Assembly (NCBI RefSeq): GCF_021869535.1
Contig: NW_026262668.1
Location: 49,910,001 to 49,974,000, forward strand
Length of the DNA stretch: 64,000 bases
From: Mytilus californianus
Lineage: Eukaryota
Reading direction: 5' to 3'
Positions within the stretch are counted from its first letter, which is position 1. Every line of letters begins with the position of its first letter. The notes beneath the pieces are model-generated. The model searched no databases, was not told the DNA's origin, and saw nothing but the letters and a program-made list of their open reading frames with translations. Shown here piece by piece: positions 25,891-38,903 of the stretch. A program made the position numbers and the translations under genes.

Positions 25891-27745
25891 TTATATATTT
25901 TGAAAGACGTCATATTTGGGCTTTCGATGTCACAGAAGTCCAGCTACCGTATTTTTTGGCGCATGAAATGTGATCATATTAAATTTGCGGCAGCAAGGTT
26001 TAAAGTTTTTATCATAAATTTATGGGAAAACCAAATTTTATACGTAGAAGCTTGATCCAAATATGTTACAATACATACACCCTTTCACCTTTTTTATGGC
26101 GTTTTATTTGAAAGTCATTTTTTTGGTTTCATTTAAGAGTTGGATTTTTTTCTCGCTTATACAATTGGGAAAGTGTACTAGTACGGCATGAAAAGTGGTT
26201 AGTTACATTTTACCCGAAACAGCCATGAAACTTTACAGAAAGAGATCAAATTCTGAAAATAAATCATGCAAGTAAGCAAATAATGCACATTAAATTTGGA
26301 AAATAAGTGAGGACTGGTTATATGTGTGTAAAAACAGGTTTGTGTTATACTAGTAGACTAAGTATTTGTTAGATATTCTAACTTTTTGTAGGATATAAGT
26401 AGCGAAGAAAAGAACGTCGTTAGAGATTGCTAACACTGCAATTTTCTTGATGACATAAAATCCCGTCCCAAAGTTGAATAATAATACGAAAAAGTGCTAA
26501 TTTCATCCAAAATTGAGGGTTTTCGAAAACGTCTTTCAGTTAATCAAGAAATAATTCATTGGGGCTGGAATTTATATTGATTTTACCAGGGGTTGGTCCT
26601 TTAATCTGAATAGTTTACCTCGTGCGATAGCAAAAGACAAAATATCGCATGAAGGGCCAATCAAAATCGATATAAATTCCAGCCTACATGACTTATTTAT
26701 TTTCCAATATAACAAAGACGGTAATCATATAAGATCGAAGTGTTATATGGGAAAGCAAATATTTACTTTGAACAAAAAAAGGAGAAAAAAGTTAGGCAAA
26801 ACCAGCAGTCGACAAGCGCCTGACTGACGGTGTGCGTTTTATATCCGATCTAACATAATATCCTACTCGATCGGTCCCATCTAATTTCAAATCACAGATG
26901 AACAGTTGTATTTAAATCAAAACAAATTGTAAATTGACTATTTTGACTATATATTTTTGTCTTTTGGTTCTTTGTATCGCTTGGAAGCTGTCTCACTGAC
27001 ACATATCCGACATCTATTTATTTTTATAGCAATCTAAACCTTAGTTACTTTCCATAAACTTTATAGCTATTTCTACAATGAAACTCATTACTTGATTTAT
27101 ATAATATATAATTATATGTACAATCTCTACCTATCTGTAACATTTTAGAGATAATAGGCAAACACTGTAAAATTAGTCAAAAATCATAACGATAGTTGCT
27201 TGCAACCGAGTTGTTGACCTCGGTGTCTCTGAGACATATTTGTGGCAGTCTTATTTTTCAAAGCTGTGATATGGAGTTCGAATTGATGTGTAGAAAGTTG
27301 AATATCTGCTAAATAAGATGCGAATTTACGTTTGAAGGGAGTAATGAGTTTAAGAACTCGAGGTCAGAGTTTCTCTTTTCTGTTCGAAGTCAGAGAGAAC
27401 GGTTATTTGAATTTCAAGCATTGTATTTTGAATGCAGTTTATTGTTTCAAAGTTCAGATTTGATTCGTGCCAAAGAAGAAATAAGGAAAAATATTTTTTA
27501 TCTTCTAAAACATTCTATTTACTTAGATTATTGCTTCATATCTTATCACATGGAATATTTTTGAAAGTGTAAAGTACCATTGTAGTGATATATGAAAGGG
27601 ATAACGGGAATCTCAAAATCGACTCCTTAAAAAAAGGACAGAAATACAAAAAACAAAACATCACAACCAAGTGTTTGGTAATATGATCGATCTATTTAGT
27701 AGAAGTTTAGTAATATCAGTGGCATCAGGTGTCCTTACCAAATAT

Positions 27746-28455
27746 AAACATTAAAAAACCATACGAATAGTCTATTGTGTAGAATGTGTGTTATGGTAAA
27801 TGCTTTGTATTTTTGTGTGCTATGCCTAATTTTGACATGCCATCGACTGGTTTTAGAATAAAATGTGTTTAGTTCCGAAGCAAAATTCCTATGAGTGAAT
27901 CAATATTAAGTCCAAAAAATGCCATGTTTTATGACCTTAGCTTTTGAGGTGAATGACGACTTTTTATATTCGTGCCTAGTATAATATATCACCATAAAAA
28001 ATTGCATGTGAAATAACTTAACGTATAAGATGATTGCACGTTGATTTATATTTACGAATGATGTCCTTGTTTTGACAAGTTTGAGATATTGAAAACCCAG
28101 GTGTAATAATTGTTCTGTTAAAATCAAATACGTTATTACATACACGAGCGAATCCAACAAGTTGAGATATATAAACACCATATAAAGCTGGTGCCAATGG
28201 AACTTCATCATCTAAAAATGGATAATTAATAATATGAAATAAAAAAATCATCTCTTTTATCATATATTTTAGTATTAAGCTTCCCGTCAAGATATGGGTA
28301 TCAAAATCCAAGAAAGAGCAGTGTTCATTACTAGTATCACCGTTATTAAGTCAGTTCAACAGAATAACTCTCTCTCGTGTACAAATTGAAACATGTACGA
28401 CAACGTTTTAATACATTTCACTAAGCTTTATCATATGCAAACTTTACATGGTTTT
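27746..28455 (-). mobile_element. Unit-B-specific insertion containing a Penelope-like RT thumb fragment
   Basis: Minus ORF 28018-28311 reads ..INYPFLDDEVPLAPALYGVYISQLVGFARVC. The empty site ccaaatatatcaagg is at 5730-5744. Confidence 0.8.
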
Positions 28456-31400
28456 ATCAAGGATCGAATGTTGAATCTGCCAGAGACATAAATAAGAAGA
28501 AAATGACATTTCTTATATTACATAATGCTGAAAAATACAATATATTGTCTGAACATTTAAAACAATATCACTATAATATCATATCATTACGTCTTTCACA
28601 TTACAAACTATGAAAAGCATATTATTATTAGTGGATGTTTGTGCTGTGAGTGGATGATGGTATTGCAAGAAAACATTCAATTATTTCGGAGTTCTGTCTT
28701 GTTTTATCGAGACCTGATCAGAAATAAATTGATGACATGCGGATATGATGCATCACATTAATTTCGATGTCGTGTTTTGTATTGTCTCGCCAATGTATTT
28801 GAATGGAATCATGGTTTTAATTTGCTCTGTAGAATTATTGTTATTATATTAATTTCACCGTGTGATATTATTGAAACGTTTCTAAAGCAGGAAGATAACA
28901 AGTCGAAAAACATACAATACAATGACCAAAAGAAAAACGACAAATAACTGTTTCAATGTTACAAAAAACCTGATTCTATTTCAACATTTAGATTCGGTCA
29001 AATTTTAGTGGTACAAAATTTACATGGCAAATGGTTAACGAGTTAGGTGATGTCTTAGTGTAAAAGAGGCGAAAAATACCAAAGGTACATTCAAACTCAA
29101 CAGTCGAAAATATACTGGGAAACACGTACCTCACAACACAAAAAAACCGGGGGTGATATCAGGTGCTATGAAAGGGAAAGCATATCCTTCTCTTTATTTA
29201 GAACCCGTCGTGTTGCTCGTCTAAGTACAAATCCGGCGATAAGTCTTATTCGGTAGTATAGGTCACATTCGTGGAAAAGGAGGACGGGATTGGGTTACGA
29301 CGATTGCAACATATCGGTCGTCTTCTGTCAACCAGCTATTCTATAACGATCAAGCAATTCATGACGGCGTCCGTACAAATTGTAAAGGGGTGATTTCAAC
29401 TTCACCACTAGGAACTATTGGTGAAATAGGCCTTTTGAGCAGCAAACCTCTATTAAAGAAATTCTGAGAAACGCAAGCCCTGGAAGAATATCGTATCAAC
29501 TGGGAGATATATATATACGAATCAATTACCAATCTGATACTACATTATGCTTAATCAATTAATACAATTACTAATAAACGTATGTTTAAGAGTAGCACGA
29601 AGAATGGCACGTGGGAAGCAGGATCTTCGTACCTTTCCGGAGCACCAGAGATTACCCAAGTTTTAGATGGGGCCATGAATCGGTCTCTTTGACTTATTAA
29701 TTTTGATTCTCCCTTTGGTATCGTCCGCCTCTTTTTGACAGTACTCTAAATACTACACAGAAAGAAAAAGATGGAACAAAAACAACGCACCAGGGTATGG
29801 GGATGTATAAAAGGATGACAAATATATGCTCCACTATGCAAATGGTAAGCAAAAAAATATTTCCAACGTATAAATTTTGTAAAGACGTTATCAACTGGTT
29901 ATTCTGTTACAATAAATAAAATGTCTGTCACTATACATCAGGAAAACTACTTCAACTAATTGTCTTAACGACTTTTAAAAAAGATGTCATTTATCAGATT
30001 AATTAATAGGGGAAACACATGTGTTGCAAAAGGTAATTTATTTTTGGGGACACTAAAGTTTTCCTTTTCTAGGAAATAGTTTATAATTAGGATTAGGGGT
30101 ATTTACAGCGTAATTAGATACCTCAAACAGGATACAAAAGATGTTGAAAATAAGTGCGAAGCTACATTCACAATAACCTTTAAAGTTTTGTATTGTTTAA
30201 CATAGTAATGAAATGAAAGAATTTTTCTTTAAAACATTAACAATACGATGGTATATTTATGCATGTTTCGATTAAATATTCAGATTCAAACCTGTATTCT
30301 AATAATATACTACAACTATAGTATGTGACAAAGCATAAACAAAAAACAACAAAATACAATACTTTAGTAAATTTTTCAAGAGTCCCTTGTCCTCTGTCAT
30401 ATAGACAGTTTTAAAAAGGAACATATTTATCTCAATGTATAACATATATAGGGTTTAGGATATATGTCATTTTATCTATATAAATTAATCAATAAATTGT
30501 ATATTCTCATCTATCAATAATCAAAATAAACGTTTGTAAATTTTCAACAAATTGCTTTAATTTTAATTGTTTTGGTCTTTTGTAGTTTAAATTTCTACTA
30601 CATTTTTTTGGCATAATAAAACCAACAGTAAATTCCTAAATAAACCAGATTTCGGGAACACATTAAATCGGATCACAGGTATAACGTAATTAAATATCTT
30701 AGACATAATATTGATATTTTAGGAACAATTGAGGATTTAAGGAAAATAGGTTTTCAAGTTTTCAATTATCTAAAGCAGTTATGAGCGAAAAGAATGTTTA
30801 TTAAAATATTTTACAATTACGATAGTATATATTTATGCATGTTTCGACATACAGGGAAACATTTACATGCAAACATAATTCCTGACATCACATTCTCTTA
30901 ACTTGGCTCGGTTATTAAGAATGAGTAATTGCCTATATTGAGTCCCGACCATCGTCTGTTGAAGTTAACTTTTGACTAAATTAAAGGTAGTCAGATTCAC
31001 CAATATTTCCGGTGAAAACTACAGTATCTGATGAGCTACCATATCAAGTATGGCAATCATGAATATAAGAGCTCGACACTAAAATTTAAAGAAATCATAA
31101 GTAAGATGCTTGACAATATTCATTCCTTTGCAAAAATGGATACATTAAAATATTAGTCAAATTGGTTCAATAATAAACCATGACCAGTGCCATTTTGAGC
31201 ATTAGACTAAAATCTTTCAAGGTATTCTCCGATAAAATGAAACTTGGGACTGTTCCGTTCAGTACATGTTATGGAGTGTAAATTTCTCTGTCGGATCGAT
31301 ATGCGTCTTAGATTTGATGAATAAAAAAAGTCATTACTCAAAACCTTTAATAATTATTGAAAGCATAATTTGTTCAAAACGTTTATCCAATGTTATTGTA

Positions 31401-33909
31401 AATATACAAATATATCCGGAAATAATAATTTCACAAGCAGAAAATTAACAAAAAGTGGATTCTCATATCACTGGGTTATCGAGTTGCATCAGGATTTTAT
31501 AAAATGAAATAGGGTCATAACTGTTTTTTGCGAGGTATATATTATAGTCAGGAAAACATTATAAACAAGAAAGAGATGTAGATTATTATTCTACCTGTCA
31601 AAACAATAGCTCCATGCTCTTTTCCTAGATTGTGACATAACCGAATGAGACTAATTATCGAATGAGCAACACATCAGGTAGCACTCATGGAGTATGTTAT
31701 GCTTACCGTTCAAGAGAATCTGAGATCACAACCGGTTTTTGGTAGGGTTCATGTTGGTCAGTCTTTAGTTTTCTATGTTGTGTTTTGTAGACTATCTTTT
31801 CGTCGTTTTTAGTCATGGCGTAGTCAGTGTGTCTTCGATTTATTATTTTGCATATTCCTTTGATAAATGCCACCTCTCTTTTACATCATTATAAAGTAAA
31901 TATCATATCAGTCTCGTTATGATTCCAAATCACTTTTACCTTACCTGTTTCTGGCAAAACCTTTCGGAATTTTTGGTCCTCGTCTGACCTGATTCCTGGT
32001 AACTTTACATGTCAACAGCGGGAATGTTTGGATAGGAATAGAAAAAGCAAAAGTTATAACACCCGTTTTTATAAAAAAAAAAAAAAGGGAGGAAGAAAGG
32101 TGGCAACAGATGATAGACGTCAATAAATTAATTTGTATAATTCATTGTTGTTGTTTCGAAATCCAATTATTTAAGTATATAAAAGAAACAAAACCCATTT
32201 CAATCGCTTGCATTTTAAAGATATACTTATCATTCAACATCTTCTTCTTTTTATAATTAAAGATATGTATAAATATTTTGTATTCAGATTCTATGGCTTA
32301 CATGTACCTTGGTAAGTGTCCATTTATAATTGCAGGCATGTTCCACAGATTGCTGCTGCATGTAGGATACTTTATTTAAGCTGCATTTAACAGAACTAAT
32401 GAATGTTCCATGCAGGAATGACATATCAATACCATATTTATACCGACTAGAATGTTTAAATGAATTGAACACTTTGCTACCAGAGAACACTGTATTGATT
32501 TGACAAAACATAAAATCTTTTTGTTGCACGATTCATAAAAGCTCTTAAGCAGTTACTAATGAATTCAAAACAATATATAAGGGTTATAAAGGGTTTGTGA
32601 TACAGTTGAATGTCTTCAGTGCTGAATACCCTAAATGAAAGAATGAAAATCTTCAAACAGGAAGAACAAGTCAAGAATTTTCACGGTGAAACCTTATTGT
32701 ATGATCACATAACAAATTGGAAGATGCAATGTCTTTGAAGAAACTATTTACAAACGCTGGGTTTTCTCTTGCTTGTGTACAGCTCATTGTTTTTCCAATC
32801 GATTTTTAGTCATTGATCCAGGGTGAAATATCAAATAGAATTTTTGAATAGTTGAAAGTATTGCAAATCTCAGAGGGTAAGACAAGAAAAAATGGCTAGA
32901 TAAACACTCATGATTTAACTTTTAAAACTGGCCTTTAATCGTAGAGGATTAAATGGTATATATACAACATCAGGGTAGAAGAAATCAAAGAAAAGGTGCG
33001 AGTTACAAAGAACAAGAAAATTTGACTTGCTGCTGCTTAGTTGTCAATAAATACAATAGAGCAAACGGAGAGAAATATAGATGAAATTAAATACATAATC
33101 AACACTATGATTTGGCATTTTTTGGTACTACTGAAAAAGAATCTTGAAACCTCCTCAACTGTTCTCACCGACATCACCATATACACAGGGCATTTGATAT
33201 TTGTTTTTTCATATATATTATATACATTATGTACATATAACTTGATTTTTTCAGTATATATTATTAGCGATTTTTAATTGATTGTAGATTATTGTCAATT
33301 TTTACATTTCTAGAGATTAAAAAGATATAAATGTATAAATATCATACGCAAATTTTGCATGTTCTTCCGTATATGTACTGTGTGCACTTATAATGACATG
33401 CATTTTGCACAGATCGTTGATGCGTGTGTGTATGTGAAGGGGTTAATGTAATGGCACAACAAACCATTACTCCAGCTCAATTAACAAAACTAGGTAACTG
33501 TTCTAATCAGGAATGGCATATCAATGCCATAACAAACCAACTAGAATAGGCCACTTCACGATTATTGCAGCCATATTTTTTATTATAATAGGGGCAGATC
33601 TTTTGGATGGACTTGAGGTGGAAAAAGTAAGAAAGTACGGAAAACCTATGCATGTTTCAAAGCAACTGTTCTGTTTGAATGATACTTTCCCTTGTTTTTC
33701 AAAGAATTTTCACCTCCATTATGAAAATATGTCCCTTATTCCATATGGCTGCAATAAATGTGAAAAGGCATATTTTCAAATGAATGAACTACTTGCTTAC
33801 CAAAGAATGCTGTATTGCTTCGGCAAAACATAAAATATGTTGATGCACTAATTATCATATACGATCTTCAACAAAAAGTTACTAAATGAATTCAAAACGA
33901 AACGTTAAG

Positions 33910-34111
33910 AGTTTATGGATACATTGAATGCCATTAGTGCTGAATACCATGAAAGATAGCTTTGGAAAACTTCAAACAGGAAGAACTTGTAAAGAATTTT
34001 CTCGGTGAAAGTTTATGGATACATTGAATGCCATTAGTGCTGAATACCATGAAAGATAGCTTTGGAAAACTTCAAACAGGAAGAACTTGTAAAGAATTTT
34101 CTCGGTGAAAG
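33910..34111. repeat. Perfect 100-bp tandem duplication
   Basis: agtttatggatac...ctcggtgaa starts at both 33910 and 34010. Unit A has a single copy. Confidence 0.95.
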
Positions 34112-34963
34112 CTTTACAAATGATGCATATACAACATTTGGAGACTAACTGTCTTTGAAACAACTGTTCACAACGTCATTTCGAAACAAATCATAGGAAA
34201 GATGCGAGTGACAAAGAACTAAATAATTTTAGCTGCTGCTGCTGCTCAATTTATTAAAAATAAAATAGCAAATGAAGAGAATGAGTTAAATTAAAAATAT
34301 AATCAACACTATATAGACAAGTGACATTTTTCAAAATGCCTCTTAGTAACTACTCAAATGGAGCGATCTAACATACGGTTATTTTAGTATCTGTACTTTC
34401 TGTTTTGGCCGTCGTAAAAAATCCGTACGATACAATTACCTTTAAATCCGTAAAATGTCAAATAATGAACATTCCGATGTTTTGCAAGAATTAAACACAA
34501 AGCCTTATTCAGGTTCTTGTAAGATACGTTTTTTTTCTTCTTCTAGAAATCGAATGAATCTTATAGAATGGAATAATGCCTAATCAAACACAAATTATAG
34601 CTGTAAACTATGCTTTAAAAAAAAAACAGTTCTTAAAATATTCTCCCATGAAAGATAACATTGTTTTTAAGCAAAATATTACTTGGGGATCAACACTAAT
34701 TGACTATTATAAAAGAGAATTTATCGTGTGTAGGTCAAGAATATCTATTTGTGAAGATAAATTGATATTAATGTATATTGTTCTGGAAACAGTTTTCTTT
34801 TGCAATTTTTACATTTGAGAATAATACATGTACCACCATCTGCAAATAAGGATTATTTTGCCTTTTTATGTTTCGAAAACTAACGGCCTGCGCTTACATG
34901 TAAGAGCAGGTGACGATTTATTCAAATAGGATTGAAGACTACTTTGTGCTTCTATTAAATTAA

Positions 34964-36865
34964 CCCATTTCTCTCACGTCAGTCTATTGTTCTTACTGTA
35001 GATTATTTATTTTTTAAGAATCCACTTACCACTGTGTTAACTTAAGATAACTTATATTATAACTTTTAACTTTTAACTGACGATTCTTTTATCCCCGCAA
35101 AAACGAGTTCCATATGTGGGGTTCGAGATCGCGCGTATTTTCATCCTAATTCAGTACAGTCATGATACCACTATACCACTGTACCACGAGTGCTAACATA
35201 AATTACTATTTAAATTATATTTTTAAAGCGCGTAATTGTCAATAAACTGGATTTTTGTCTCATTGATAATTAGCTTCTGTAATTTATGAAATATATATTT
35301 TGTTTTGGTTTGTTCATGTTCTTTTAAATTTTTTTTTAATTTTTTTTCTTTTGAATGCTATTTTTTTAAGGAAGATTATGTTCTACATTTGAACGTTCTT
35401 GAGTATAGTTATATAACAATATCAAAATATAAAATGACAAGAGAAAAAATAAATAAAACATTTTCTTTAATATTTTAAAAAAGAGTTTATTCCAGATGTC
35501 AGGTTTGAACATTGGTCGATTTTTAACATCATCATAATGAAGAGAATCTTTATACGATTGTAGCTATTATACAATAGTTGTAACCATTATAAAATCAAGT
35601 AATTGTATATATCAGTACAATTCCTTGATAAAATAAACATCCATATGCCCATTACACTTGCTAATTTTAACTTTCAATTTCCTTTTTCATCATAACAAAT
35701 GCTTATTTATGGTTTTAGTTTTATAATATTATCATGCTATCAATCAATTTTTCTTTGTTTGATTATAAATGGTCCAAATATACCAATCACGTCAACATTG
35801 AACGTACCATAATTTAAATAAAGTGTGATATAAAATCCAAGAGTGTAAAATTATTTCTTTGACAGTGAAAAAACACAAACAAAATCATCGCCATTATATG
35901 AAAACGAAATATATAATACCTCTAAGATTAAAACAATATTTTGGTGGAGAAAAAAATTCATTCCGGGTTCAAGGTTTGAACTCCTTACTGTTAAAATCAA
36001 CCTTATGACATTCGTTGCCAACGACTAAACGATCACGGCTATGAAACGCGTGATTGAAATTTTATAAAATCAACATAATTATACATTTGTATCAGTAGAA
36101 ATTCTGATGGGGATTCGGGAATGCGTACCACAGATAATACTAGCTTATTGACTGATTGGCGATGGATGTCAAATGTAATAACGATAAAATAATCTAAACT
36201 TAATGAAAGGGAAACAGTTTCAACAAAGTTTATATATAATTGTTCAATAAAACCTTTAGCACATAATTTTCTTTATTTTGGAAAGTAACAATGAAGCTAC
36301 ATGAAACGGTAGATTTGTGGCAGTTGCGCTAACCTTACACATTTGGATTAGTACGGCTTGTATTTGTTTAATTTTTAGAGATTAGTACGGCTTTTTTTAT
36401 CTTTACTAGAGATCAGCTAATTGGGAGCCAGACCTCATGCAACTTAAACATTTTGCTAAATACTATATATATAAATTTTAAAGGTTCTAAATTTTGGTAA
36501 TTAAAATTTTTAAACTTTTCAAAACAAGATAAATAAGTTCTGAATATTAATATATGTCTTTATAAATAAATCATGAATACCTAAATCTATTCAATTTTGA
36601 TAATTTGTAATGATATAAACATTAGATGAAATAGTTATTAACCAATATAAAATTTGGAGTTAAAAAGGGGAGCTAACACCCCACTTAAATTATATTTAAC
36701 CTATTTGTACTTGTCGAATGTCTAAATATAGATGTGAATAGTGTGGATATAATCATTTCCAACTATTATAGAATAAAAAAAAAACAGAATACGAAATTAT
36801 CTTTATGAAATTTCGTTGATTTATTTTCAAAACATTAAACAGACAGTCGTTTTACTAGAAATGGG
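34964..36865. mobile_element. Unit-B-specific non-autonomous element with TTAA/TTTA flanks and 9-bp CCCATTTCT/AGAAATGGG ends (piggyBac-like termini)
   Basis: Absent at the equivalent site ~12225 in unit A. No transposase ORF. Decayed tRNA-like A/B boxes on the minus strand at 35972-36045. Confidence 0.45.
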
Positions 36866-36871
36866 TTTAGC

Positions 36872-36970
36872 TAGAGAATTTATAAGAAGGAGTGGATTCG
36901 GAAACGATAATCAACTTGCGACTAACTTTGATTATCGTTTACAAATCCACTTCTTCTTATAAACTCTCTA
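36872..36970. repeat. 99-bp hairpin mini-element
   Basis: 43-bp arms with 4 mismatches (tagagaatttataagaaggagtggattcggaaacgataatcaa and its reverse complement) around a 13-nt loop. Confidence 0.85.
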
Positions 36971-38903
36971 ATAGAAGCGTCCATCATACATAGATAGCAA
37001 ATACATGTATGTTGACATTTCAACAAACTGATGTGCTCTGATATCAAGTTTTTGACTTATAGGAAGTTGGGGTTTTATTTACTTTTAGTTGTTATTTCAA
37101 TAATCATTTTGTTTTGGCATGCATGTTGTATTTCTGTTCGTTAGTTTGCTTGGATTTTTTTTGTACTGTTTTTGTTTCTTTCTTCCGTTTCTCAGTAATG
37201 TAGTTTTGTTTGTTTACGGCTTTATTTATTTTTTTGATTTATTACTAGTAACTGTTATTTGGAAGGTGACTAAAGTGTAGACTTTGGACATGATTTCATG
37301 GGGGCAATCAAAAGCTATAAGACAACAGAAAACAACACCATAACAAAAAGAAAAACAACAGAAAGACAAAAGTTGAAAGAAAATCAATCTTTCCAGTTGG
37401 TGTCAGTTCAGCATTAATTTCATCAGGAACGACCAAAAACCAATAGAGAAAATTGAAAGTCATTGACGCATAAGTGCTTCAATACACGAGGAGCTATAAG
37501 CCCAAAAAGGAAATTCCAAATATGTACATTGCTCCAAGACTAACATGATCGCAAAAAAAGAAAACCCACATGAAATCATTTATAGACACACTGCGGTCTG
37601 AATGGGATTTCTAGATTTGATGCCTTGTGTAACTGTTTGGAAAGTGTCACACTCTTTGCACGTAAAAGAACCTTTGCTCTAACTTCGTAGGCATAGGCGA
37701 ACTTTTGCAAGGAAAAAGAATGTCCCTTCCAACCATTCCAGTATAATTGTTTGCTTCTACAATAAGATACAAGCACTATAGCCCTCTTCTAAATCCCTCA
37801 CTGATGACGAATAGAACGTCGCAATAACAGCTCATTCACAATTCTATATATATAGAAACCATATTTTCAACAAAGAATGCTAAAATCGCTGTATATTTGA
37901 CAGTGAATTGGAATATAAATTTATAGTTATTTAAGAACAAATGAAGATGTGGGGTATACGTATATAATTAGATTGCAATCCAACGACAAAAAAAAAACGA
38001 ATACATTTAAAGTGTGACATGTATTCTGTATTAATAGATAAGTGTCTAATATTATAGAAAAGTTTTACCTCTCAATCGTCCCGAGTTACCATTTTAAAAA
38101 GAGAAATCTTGAAACTTATACAATACAAATTGTACAGTTAGCTAAATCAGAAAAAGAAATACATGTAGTAATAAAATATGTCTTTTGGGGTTGTTCTTTT
38201 TTGTTTGTTTGCTGTCTCGTTGAATTATTAAACTTATTATATTATATAAAAATGTTGATAATTTCGCGATGAAAAATATAAACCAGGTAATACTTTTTGA
38301 TTGCTTTTGTCGACTGTCGCTTATTTAAGGGGGCGGACAGGGGTCCCTAACTCCCTATTCCATACCCTCCAACTCCCAATGTTTTCCCCGTTTTCCCAGA
38401 CAAAAATCTGTCAATTTTCTTTCCCCAGAGTATCCCTATTTGTTCTCCCCTCTTCCCCCGGTTCCTTCCCCCCTTAATTCCCATGTTCCCTTATCCCTGT
38501 CCATCCTCTCTAATTATCTTTTTTGAACGAGCTATATTTCACTTTGTTAGTTGCAGTGCGCTTATAAGCAAATCACAGTATATGAATATGAATAGTTACG
38601 TGATTTGAAATAGATACAGATCAATAAACTTTTTTTCTGAAAAATTTTCAGGAGACCAGGAATCACCTGGAAGACAATTTGACAAACACATTAGAAGGAA
38701 TATCGAAATTGTCCTGTGTGATGTTATGTGTGTTCATTCAAATTCAAATATCATGCACTTCTCATCCCCTTTACATTTAAGAGGTTAAAAAATGCAAGAC
38801 AACATGCTCAGTTCTAAAATGATTGAAATGTCAATGCTGCAGCAAATCAAATCAAATCTTTTTATTGGTGTAAAATACAAATATTGGGTTGTTACAAAGA
38901 CAA

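Noticed and set aside
33735-33815. PYGCNKCEKAYFQMNELLAYQRM resembles a C2H2 zinc finger
   Set aside because: The His ligands are missing, the paralogue lacks the second Cys, and there is no finger array.
33780-33870. KYVDALII resembles the RIG-I/MDA5 Hel2i motif HLRKYNDALII
   Set aside because: No helicase motifs IV-VI follow, and the match is too short.
35972-36045. tRNA gene
   Set aside because: Only decayed A/B boxes, with no cloverleaf. It is a transposon-borne relic.
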